Source: Ostrea edulis
Taxonomy: Eukaryota
Length of the DNA: 64,000 nucleotides
Direction: 5' to 3'
Assembly: GCF_947568905.1 (NCBI RefSeq)
Contig: NC_079169.1
Location: 53,940,001-54,004,000, forward strand
The translations under genes were made by a program, and so were the position numbers. Under the pieces are notes generated by a model. That model worked only from the letters and a program-made list of their open reading frames with translations. It was not told where the DNA came from and ran no database searches. Numbering within the stretch: the first letter of the stretch is position 1; each line of letters begins with the position of its first letter. Of this stretch, positions 50,301 through 60,503 are shown in pieces.

Positions 50301-53300
50301 TAAAGTAGTGCTGCCCTCCTGTGACGTCATAAAATTTCGAAAAATCAATGATTCATTTAGATTGATGCATGATAGGAAACTAAATTTTGTTGGAGTCTTT
50401 TCCAATAGTTATAGTAAAAAAATCTTGTTAGGTATGAAGTATTTCATAAGTCCATGTTGTATATAAATAACCAATGATATGTTTCAAAATATTGAATCCA
50501 AGGGCAATAACTCTGTTTTCATTGAATTCTTCATTAAGTCTATTGTGATAGGTTTCCTTTATTTTTCACAGACATTTTGCATATTTTGTAAAGAAACAGT
50601 TTTATGAAATTATCATGAATACTATTATATCGTTATAACCAGTTTTTGTGAAATTTTGATAACGCTGTTAAAGGAAAATTGCAATTTTCTGACGTTGACA
50701 TGCGATTCTTTTTTTCTATGTTCCGCGATGACCTATATATTTCATGTGATAATCCATTAAGTTTAACTACGATAGATAGAAATAAATAAATACACTTTTT
50801 ATGCTATTATCAGATAATAATGTGAGTATGGAGTTCCCTGAAGTATCAAAAACATAGTTTGTCTCCCTTTTTCGACCAACCCGGAAAAATGGCTATTAAG
50901 GAGGTTATTCCTCCTTAAAGCAGGGAACTGTTACTGTAACGGTATATATTCACTACAGGTCAACTAAGTTAATGAAAACTCTGTAAAATGAATCGATAAG
51001 TTCGCGTTAGTTAGGTTGTTATACCTGCACTTTCTAAAGATTCGGGTATATTGTAGTTATCCTGGTCCGTACGTCTGTCTGTCACATCTTCTTAAGCTTC
51101 ATAGTCTTCTCGCATTTTAAGCAGTAGCCAATTCATCTATTGAAATATGATATGATTGTCCTATAGATGTGTAATAAGGTTTGTTGAACTTTCATTTTCA
51201 TCTTGGGGACCAATTTTAGACCAAAGATTTAAAACGCCTCTCCAAAACTATATCTTAAACAATTTTCATTTTTCATTGTAATCTCTTGTTGATTTCAACT
51301 CGACATTTAGGTTTTATCTATGAACAATGATCATTTTCATTCATCTGTCGATTCGATACATGTATATCCCAGTCAACCAGAAATAAAGGATCTGTTTGAT
51401 ACTTGGATATTCGATTGAAAATATATGTTAACGATAACATAACAAAGCTCAGCTTTATGACAAACGGGATGACGTCAGCTTCTCCATCGTCAACTTCCCA
51501 TATTTCTGTACCAATATTCCATTATCATATGCAATGATGTTTGTGCGCATTTCGCAAAATCTTTGGTCATTATAACGATATAGTTTATTAATACAACCTG
51601 TCATTGGCTCAAATGCTGTCTGATGTATTTCATATCAAATCACCGGCAATTATATCGCTTGAGTTCGAATTTTGGGCCGTTCTTTACACATCGATTTGAC
51701 TACGAATTGCTCAGTTTACCTGATCAAGATATAATAATAATAATAACAATAATAATAAATTTATTTTGTAAAGCGTAAAATCCATATTGCTCTAAACGCT
51801 ACTAATATAGGGTTCACGGCGGGTGTGACCGGTCGACAGGGGATGCTTAAGCCTCCTAGGCACCTGATCCCACCTCTGGTATATCCAGGAGTCTGTGTTT
51901 GCTCTCAACTCTCTATTTTGTATTCCCTGAAGGATTATGAGATTGACCACTGTTCATTCTGTTCACCTTATCATACTCGAGCATATTGACTTTGTATAAG
52001 AAGCAATTAATGTAATTTCTCTTGTAGCTTCTGTATCAAAATTTATGAAGTATTATGGCATGTCAAACGTTGCAATATTTGATCTTTTCCATTTGTATTG
52101 TATAATTTTCCATTTATATTCTATATTTTCCATTTGCATTGTATAATTTTCCATTTGTATTCTATATTTTCCATTTGTATTATACATTTTTTTCGTTTGC
52201 ATTTTATAATTTCCATTTGTATTGTATAATTTTCCATTTGTATTCTATATTTTCCATTTGCATTGTATAATTTTTCATTTGTATTGTATCCAGGGAATGT
52301 TTATTTTGATTTGTTACGAAGGATTTCATTAGTTAACGTCACTGATGTACCACATCTGTACTGTAGACGTGCTTAGCACACAGGGCCTCATCGTCGCAAA
52401 CCACGGTTTTGAGTCCACTCACGCTCGAATAGAAGCATCCGTGGGTAACCGACGATGACAGGCCGTAGCAATGACGGTTCTTTATCGTGCCAACGCCTGT
52501 GCAGCGATAAGGAATATCTGTTTTTAAGGTCTTTTAAATGCCGAGTGTTTGGCAAAGGAACAATCACTGTCTTTATGTCTCTAAAGCTTTGATGCGGCAA
52601 TAACAGTAACGTTCTCGAACTCACGACCTCTCGCCCACAAACCAAGCGATATATTACTGAACTACCGAGACCAGGTCCTGGACTAATTATTTTTAAAAAT
52701 ACTTAGCTAGCTCTAGTAATGGCGACCCCCCCCCCCCCGATCATTTTTTTAAAAATAGAACTGTCCAGAAAAGCATGCACATTTTTATTAAGTCAGAATT
52801 CAGTAGATTCGGGGGACTTAATTCGGCCCTTGGGTCCCCACCAATTGTTAACCTCGAGCTTGGTTTGTTACAACTATTCAATGGATTAATCTTAAGTTAT
52901 CGTTTATCGAATTTGGTAATGCGCGAGATGTTGAAGAAGTAAAGTTCAGGAGCCACGTTTCGCAGGAATGTACCGTATTTGCTTAGTGTAATGGCGTACC
53001 CCCCCCCCCCCCCCCCATTAATTGATCGCTTTTTTGCGTCTAATGTGATCAGCATATTCAAACTAGTCTCCTATTTAACCACTGGCTGATCTACATAATT
53101 CTGAACGAAAGGATGCAGTAAACTGCTGGATGTCTGGGGACTATCTTAAGATCCCTAGTGAATCCAGTGCAAAGCCTTGGGGGAGGGGGGTTGCAGTTGG
53201 AGGGCGAAGTCAGTGGCGGATTTAAGGGGGGCGCAGCCGGCGCCCCCTCCCCCCTCAAAATTTCCAAATTTAAGGTAAATCTTGGTATCTTGTTTAGAAA

Positions 53301-56300
53301 AATGTATCAAACAATAAAAGAAGCAATAATTTCTTCCATTCCTGGAGAAATAAATGACAAAATCTTCTGATTTCTTGAAGTACTTTATTGAGAGAACTTA
53401 ATTTTTCCAGAAACCCTTAAAATTTGCGTCATTTTACTAATTTCACTTGATTAAAAATGACATATTTCAAGCCCTATGAAATCTGTAAAATCCAGGAACT
53501 TCCGGGGACTTCGCCCCCTGGACCCCTACCCACTTGAGGCAGCCCCCAGACCCCGTGCCTCATAAAGTGGCGCCCCCGTAACCGCAATTCCTGGATCCGC
53601 CCCTGGACAAGTGCGTTCTGACAAAATAAAACGTACATACATGCTTTTTTCGACATCTGTATATAAAATATTATTTGTGAAGGGGGGGGGGGGTCTCCCG
53701 GCGCAAGATTCCTCATTGCTGACTACATGTATGTTCAACTAGTCCTATATGGAACCGATCGCAGTAGTTCAGTGATATGCCCTTTGTTTCGCAACCGTGA
53801 AGTTGCATGTTCGAGTTCTACTCGTGTCATGGCTGCATCAAACCTTAGACGTAAATATCGACAGGCGTTGACACGTTAAAGTACCCCCAATGCTACGACA
53901 CAGTGCCCATACATGTAGCATAGTAAGTCTATTTGTGGTACGTCACCTGGTGACGGCTAAATATAAGTGGGACCTAAACTAATGAAATCCTTCGTAACAA
54001 ATCAAAATAAACAATCCCTCGGATGCAATATAAATGAAAGATTTTGCAATGCAAATGGAAATTATACAATGCAAACGAAAAAAATATATAATTCAAATGG
54101 AAAATATAGAATACAAATGGAAAATTATACAATACAAATGGAAAATATAGAATACAAATGGAAAATTATACAATACAAATGGAAATTATACAATGCAAAT
54201 GAAAAATTATACAATGCAAATGGAAAATATAGAATACAAATGGAAAATTATACAATACAAATGGAAAATATAGAATACAAATGGAAAATTATACAATACA
54301 AATGGAAATTATACAATGCAAATGAAAAATTATACAATGCAAATGGAAAATATAGAATACAAATGAAAAATTATACAATACAAATGGAAAAGATCAAATA
54401 TTGCAACGTTTGACATGCCATAGAAGTACATGTATTTAAGAACCATATTTACTTAGGACTGTCGTTCCGTGGGGGAACGTAGGCCATCGATGACAGTCCT
54501 CCAACGAACACGATTCTGGGCTGCTTTTACTGCGTCGTGCCAGGTCATGTCCTGCGCCTTTAATTCTGCCTCCGAGTCACGCCTCCAGGTGTTTCTTGGA
54601 CGTCCCCTCTTTCTCATGCCCTGCGGTTTCCAGGTCAGGGCCTGGCGTGTGGTGCTATGTGGTGGCTTCCTTAGGGTGTGTCCAGTTCAGCCCCACTTCC
54701 TCCGTTTGATTTGCATGTTTCATGGTTCCTGTCGATCTGTCTTCCGTAGTTCTTCATTTGTGATCTTTTCAGGCCATCGAATGTTGAAGATGCTCCTGAG
54801 ACAGGTGTTGTAAAATGTCTGGATTTTCTGCAGGGTTGTTTTGGTCGTTCTCCATGTCTCTGCTCCATACAGTAAGACGGACTTAACATTGGAGTTGAGT
54901 ATCCGCAGTTTGGTAGTGATGCGGATGTTCTTTGAGGCCCAGATGTTCTTTAGCATAGTAAACGCAGCGCTTGCCTTGCCGATTCTTGACTTGCTGTCAC
55001 GGTCTGTTCCACCCTGTCTGTCCATCACACTCCCCAGGTAGATGAAGGACTCAACTTCTCTGATGGGCTCACCACCAACTGTGACTTGTAGTTGGACAGT
55101 GGTGTTGATCTTCATAAATTCTGTTTTCTTCAAGTTGATATTGAGTCCCGTTCCTGCTGATGTTGTTGCAAGGTGAGTTGTTTTATCCTGCATCTGACTG
55201 TGGTTGTGCGAAAGGAAAGCCAGGTCATCGGCAAAGTCGAGATTGTAGAGTTGCGTCAGGAGTGTCCACTGTATACCATTATTCCTACCGGATGTGGTAG
55301 TCCTCATGATCCAGTCAATAACCAAGAGGAAGAGGAATGGCAACAGCAAACATCCTCGTCGAACTCCTGTCCTGACTTCAAAACTATCGGACATCTGGCC
55401 AACATGGGCAACCCTGCATGTCATGCCTTGGTAGGTGTTACGATTCAGGGAAACGAGCTTCTCGGGTACCCCATAGTGTCTCAGTATCTTCCACAGTGTC
55501 TCACGGTCAACGCTGTCAAACGCTTTCTCGTAGTCGATGAAGTTGATATAGAGGTGGACTTCCACTCCAGTGATTGTTCAATGATGATGCGCAGACTGGC
55601 TATCTGGTCAGCACATGATCTGTTGCGTCTAAGACCAGCATGCTGGTCACGGAGCTTAGGGTCCACTGCCTCTTTCATCCTCTCGAGAAGGGTCCTGTTG
55701 AGGACCTTGACAGGCACTGGCAGGAGCATAATTCCCCGGTAGTTACTGCAGTCCCTCAGATTTCCCTTCTTTGGCAGCTTCATAAGAATGCCTTCTTTCC
55801 ATTCCTCAGGGATGTTCTCTTCCTCCCAGACCTTCTTGAAGAGGTTGTGCAAGATGTTAACAACTTTGATGGCTATTTAAGAATCACAAACCTGCGTAAA
55901 TCGAACGTATCATGAAGAATATTAGCAACAATGTTTTCATTACATTTCTTGAAGATGTACTACTCTTATTTTATTCAGTAATCCTTAGTACATTTCAATA
56001 CTTCACTTCCAGAGTTGAAAAAATTGTTCTTGTTTTACAATAGCAACGTTAACATGATTGTTTGTTCATGTTAGTAAATGAGTTTGTTCTGATGCAGTGT
56101 TATATGATTGTTCATGTTAGTAAATGAGTTTTTTTCTGATGCAGTGTTATATGATTGTTCATGTTAGTAAATGAGTTTTTTTCTGATGCAGTGTTATATG
56201 ATTGTTCATGTTAGTAAATGAGTTTGTTCTGATACAGTGTTATATGATTGTTCGTGTTAGTAAATGAGTTTGTTCTGATGCAGTGTTATATGATTGTTCG

Positions 56301-58713
56301 TGTTAGTAAATGAGTTTGTTCTGATGCAGTGTTATATGATTGTTCATGTTAGTAAATGAGTTTGTTCTGATGCAGTGTTATATGATTGTTCGTGTTAGTA
56401 AATGAGTTTGTTCTGATGCAGTGTTATATGATTGTTCATGTTAGTAAATGAGTTTGTTCTGATGCAGTGTTATATGATTGTTCATGTTAGTAAATGAGTT
56501 TGTTCTGATGCAGTGTTATATGATTGTTCATGTTAGTAAATGAGTTTGTTCTGATGCAGTGTTATATGATTGACAGTTATCCAGGGCGAGAAACCACCAC
56601 AAGGATCAGACCTGTGTACACATGTGCTCGCACAAGACTGTTCCACCTTTGAAACGGAAGTAGTATGTGGCTCTAACGGGATAACTTACCACAACAGGTA
56701 AAACTTACCACAACAGGTATTGCGTACCACAACAAGTATAACTTACCACAACAAGTATAACTTACCACAACAAATATAACTTACCACAATAGGTATAACT
56801 TACCACAACAGGTATAACTTACCACAACAGGTAAAACTTACCACAACAGGTATAACTTACCACAACGAGTATAACTTACCAATAAACAGGTAAAACTTAC
56901 CACAACAGGTAAAACTTGCCACTACAAGTATAACTTACCACAACAGGTATAACTTACCACAACAGGTAAAACTTACCACAACAAGTATAACTTACCACAA
57001 CAAGTATAACTTACCACTACAAATATAACTTACCACAACAGGTAAAACTTACCACAACAGGTATAACTTACCACAACAGGTATAACTTACCACTACAAAT
57101 ATAACTTACCACAACAAGTATAACTTACCACAACAGGTATAACTTACCACAACAGGTAAAATTTACAACAACAAGTATAACTTACCACTACAAATATAAC
57201 TTACCACAACAGGTAAAACTTACCACAACAGGTAAACCTTACCACAACAAGTATAACTTACCACAACAGGTAAAACTTACCACAACAAGTATAACTTACC
57301 ACTACAAATATAACTTACCACAACAGGTAAAACTTACCACAACAGGTAAACCTTACCACAACAAGTATAACTTACCACAACAGGTAAAACTTACCACAAC
57401 AAGTATAACTTACCACTACAAATATAACTTACCACAACAGGTAAAACTTACCACAACAGGTAAACCTTACCACAACAAGTATAACTTACCACAACAGGTA
57501 AAACTTACCACAATAAGTATAACTTACAACTACAGGTATAACTTACAACTACAGGTATAACTTACCACAACAGGTATAACTTACCACAACAAGTATAACT
57601 TACCACAACAAGTATAACTTACCACTACAGGTATAACTTACCACTACAGCTAGAATGTATATGTACCACTACAGGTTTAACAAAAAGCTCTTATCAGAAG
57701 TATAAGTTTGGACCAAAGACCACAGGGCCGTAAGTAGGGTTCTAAATCAGGGGAGGCAGGGGATTGGGGGCCGCCGATTGACTTTACGACTGAAAATGAC
57801 ACTTTTTAAATCCCAATTTATCATGTTTGTGTTTCATTTGTACTATGTAAAGAATCGTAATATGGTGTCAAAGACAAAGGTGCTTGTCTTCATTTTAAAC
57901 ATATATCCTATAATATAACATTTATATAATTTTATTTTCTTTTTTGCCAAAAAATCAGACGAGGCAGTTGCCTCGTCTGCCTCATCGGCAGTTACGGCCC
58001 TGGACCAAATTATTCCCATAGTCGGAACACATGCAACACGTAAAATACAAGGTGTGGAAAGTAACAGAAGTTTAAACCGAAGGAAGAGACTCCGGAATAA
58101 TAATAAATATCGGTAGCAATGATAATAAGATATATTTCAGAATTAAATTTCCATGTTGAAAATACACGCGGGCATGAACTGCGGTTGCAGTTCATATTTT
58201 TATGTATTTTTAAATATGAAATTTACTTCTTATACGTATTTAGATTCTTGTTTAATTTCTGGCGGAATTTTCATGCGTTAAAATAGACGTACTATATTTA
58301 TCAAGTAGTTCTGAATTCATACGCTCATTGTGTTCTACCGCATTGCGTTCATAAGGAAATAACTATAATCACAAATTGTTAAGATATCAGAAACACACAC
58401 CTTGTAGCTGTAAATATACTCAAATGATTGCATGTAAAATACCATTTTAATGAGACTTAACAAAGCGAGACGCCGTGTCTTTGTAAGCAGTTGGCATGGT
58501 AACGCTACCTCATTATATTGAACTGACCGCCTACTGCTATTCACGACGAGTGAAATGATCTCAACAATAAAACTTCATACGATCAGTCAATCAATTGTAA
58601 AACATTGTTAACATACTTTTTCGATGTTTCCTTTCAGTTGTGAGTTTGCTAAAGCCGAGTGTCATGGACATGGTCATTCCGTGACGGCCGTGCATTCTGG
58701 ACCATGTGCTTAG
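47089..58713 (+). CDS. Secreted single-domain Kazal-type serine protease inhibitor, 3 exons (47089-47128, 56577-56697, 58638-58713), 78 aa
   Basis: Joined: MMKVAVLLLLAAVVIQGEKPPQGSDLCTHVLAQDCSTFETEVVCGSNGITYHNSCEFAKAECHGHGHSVTAVHSGPCA*. Six Kazal cysteines, VCGSNGxTYxNxC motif, signal peptide, phase-matched GT-AG introns. Linking exon 1 across 9.4 kb is inferred. Confidence 0.88.
47630..48545. mobile_element. Element with long (~280-300 bp) diverged inverted repeats
   Basis: 47630-47910 is the reverse complement of 48238-48545 (gctacagatccaccccttataaaaac...gaggcctcatatcgttgtattcttg). Confidence 0.75.
51290..51970 (+). mobile_element. Penelope-like element 3' remnant with terminal (pLTR-like) segment
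   Basis: LYDKRDDVSFSIVNFPYF motif followed by cacggcgggtgtgaccggtcgacagggg...cctgatcccacctctgg; partial copies of that segment at 45283-45740, 48715-48800 and 27300-27400 (minus). Confidence 0.75.
52380..52680 (-). mobile_element. tRNA-headed SINE with conserved central domain
   Basis: B-box-like gtgagttcgag; gcgttggcacgataaagaacc core shared with copies at 53750-53975 and 61670-61930. Confidence 0.6.
53975..54421 (+). repeat. Interspersed element with internal atacaaatggaaaat repeats; other copies at 52056-52345 (minus) and 49720-50150 (plus)
   Basis: Shared ends actaatgaaatccttcgtaacaaatc and gatcaaatattgcaacgtttgacatgccat. Confidence 0.8.
54445..55873 (-). mobile_element. 5'-truncated RTE-clade LINE with frameshifted reverse transcriptase
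   Basis: ORFs 55481-55852 (KLPKKGNLRDCSNYRGIMLL) and 54720-55565 (FIDYEKAFDSV, GVRRGC, DFADD); RTE-like 3' end; candidate TSD tatttaagaa(c/t)ca at ~54432 and ~55874. Confidence 0.9.
56050..56570. repeat. 46-bp minisatellite ending at Kazal exon 2 acceptor
   Basis: gattgttcatgttagtaaatgagtttgttctgatgcagtgttatat x~11. Confidence 0.95.
56577..56697 (+). CDS. Kazal inhibitor exon 2
   Basis: IQGEKPPQGSDLCTHVLAQDCSTFETEVVCGSNGITYHN. Confidence 0.9.
56680..57660. repeat. 19-bp exon-end/donor minisatellite after Kazal exon 2, ~50 copies
   Basis: ATAACTTACCACAACAG|GT unit. Confidence 0.95.
58638..58713 (+). CDS. Kazal inhibitor exon 3 (to stop)
   Basis: CEFAKAECHGHGHSVTAVHSGPCA*; tttcag acceptor. 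Confidence 0.9.
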
Positions 58714-59289
58714 CCTCCAGAATAGGAGCTGTACACAATCCACATTAAACACAAAGAAAACATATATCTGTGTGGTTTTACTATTCATTAAAGACTTCAC
58801 TTGCACACTTGCAGGACGTTTGACCAATGAGTTGTATTTTCGGCTATATCCATGTTTTAATATCGAATATTGAAGACATTTGTTCTTTTCTATTGCATCG
58901 ACAATCCCAGACACAAAATACTAGATGATACTGTAGCCTAATGTGTATTGAAGTACCCAGTATTTTCTATTTTGATATCCAATAATGTTTACTCTTATTC
59001 CTTATAAAACAACGTCTATAAATTTAACCATAAATGATAATTCATAAGATAATAAGATCAGAACATGTTTATCTGATGAAAGTACTATGGTCCTCAACTT
59101 GGCCAAGTGTATATATTCAATGCTAATTATAAACCAGAAAATCATTCTTGGATTAATTTTACAGAAAATTTGTGATAGACCAATGTTACGGCAATGTTAG
59201 TCTTGCAGTAATGAATTATAGCATTTTGGTTTAGATTTCTACAATCGCTTCGCATATGCAAATTAACCATGATTAATCACAACCATCAT

Positions 59290-59610
59290 CAGTTACAGCT
59301 CAGTTGGTAGAGCACCGGACTAGAAAGTCAGCGAGCCCGCGTTCGAATCCCTGTCTGCTCCGTTACATTTTCTCCCTTCCTGTTAAATTTGGTGTCGTGA
59401 CCAGGATCTGGAACCGACAGGTGAAAATGCCTTTTAGGGAATATAGATCCTGGGTTGATTTCTTCAAGGCGTGAATATATTTAAGGAGGGGAAAATGTTG
59501 CAGTCAGGCGGGTTTGATCGACAGTGGCCAAATGGCTCATTTGATAGAGCACCTGACTAGAGATTCAGGGACCAAGACTCAAATCCCACTCTGGTCCTTT
59601 GTATTTTCTC
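59290..59610 (+). mobile_element. tRNA-derived element with two tRNA-like units
   Basis: cagctcagttggtagagcacc...gttcgaatcc and tggctcatttgatagagcacctgactagagattcaggg...aaatccc. Confidence 0.6.
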
Positions 59611-60139
59611 GTTTTTACACAACAAATCGGTTCTTTTACTGTATAGTGGTTTCCTATTCTATTCAATTCTAAAAGATTTTGCTTCATATTAGCATACTAT
59701 GGCATCCTTAAAATTCAATGCATGTTGTTACATCACAAAGACTAAACACATAACTTTTTTATATTCTCTTTGTATATAATTTTCTGATGGGTTTCAGTCG
59801 GCTTTACGTTATTGTCGTACCATAATAGGTTTTCGTACATTACATCACTTGCTTAACGTTCTTGTCTTGCCAACATAAATTTATGTACATTACGTCACCC
59901 ACTCTACGTGCTTGCCTTATTGTCATGAAGAATTTACGTATAATCACTCGTCAAAGTTGCATCTACGAAAAAAAAAAAAGAGAGCGATATCGTATATTTT
60001 ATACATACTAGTTTATTGTTACGGACGGGAACATTCAAATTGATCTCCGAATGTGATACAAATGAATAATTATTGTGACAGATTCAAACATGTTTCTACA
60101 TGAACTTTCTTCTACAGGCTTTCCATTCTTTGTTTACAT

Positions 60140-60285
60140 NNNNNNNNNNNNNNNNNNNNNNNNNNNNNNNNNNNNNNNNNNNNNNNNNNNNNNNNNNNNN
60201 NNNNNNNNNNNNNNNNNNNNNNNNNNNNNNNNNNNNNNNNNNNNNNNNNNNNNNNNNNNNNNNNNNNNNNNNNNNNNNNNNNNNN
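60140..60285. other. Assembly gap (146 N)
   Basis: N run. Confidence 1.
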
Positions 60286-60326
60286 TCATTTTATGATGAA
60301 CTATGATGAAACACGTAAATGAACTC

Positions 60327-60503
60327 CTAAAGCTCCACTCTTTTTGTGACCGTCAGCGGCAATTGTCCATCTTTGAGAACACGTGAGAGTGTCGCCAGAA
60401 TGTCGTCACTGAGAAGGGTGATGTCATCTCTAGTCAGATAGTCACGGCCTACACTGGAAGACAGTACAGTGAAAACGTCTGCTGCTGGGGGCTTATTCTC
60501 AAA
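60327..60503 (-). CDS. JmjC-like protein terminal exon
   Basis: FENKPPAADVFTVLSSSVGRDYLTRDDITLLSDDILATLSRVLKDGQLPLTVTKRVEL*. Confidence 0.8.
   Translation of the reverse strand, partial: FENKPPAADVFTVLSSSVGRDYLTRDDITLLSDDILATLSRVLKDGQLPLTVTKRVEL

Noticed and set aside
53967-54413. 148-aa ORF with YNANGKY repeats
   Set aside because: Internal minisatellite of an interspersed repeat present three times locally.
55173-55742. 189-aa plus-strand ORF
   Set aside because: Antisense shadow of the RTE reverse transcriptase.
59295-59365. Functional tRNA gene
   Set aside because: A/B boxes are present but acceptor and anticodon stems do not pair convincingly; context fits a SINE.
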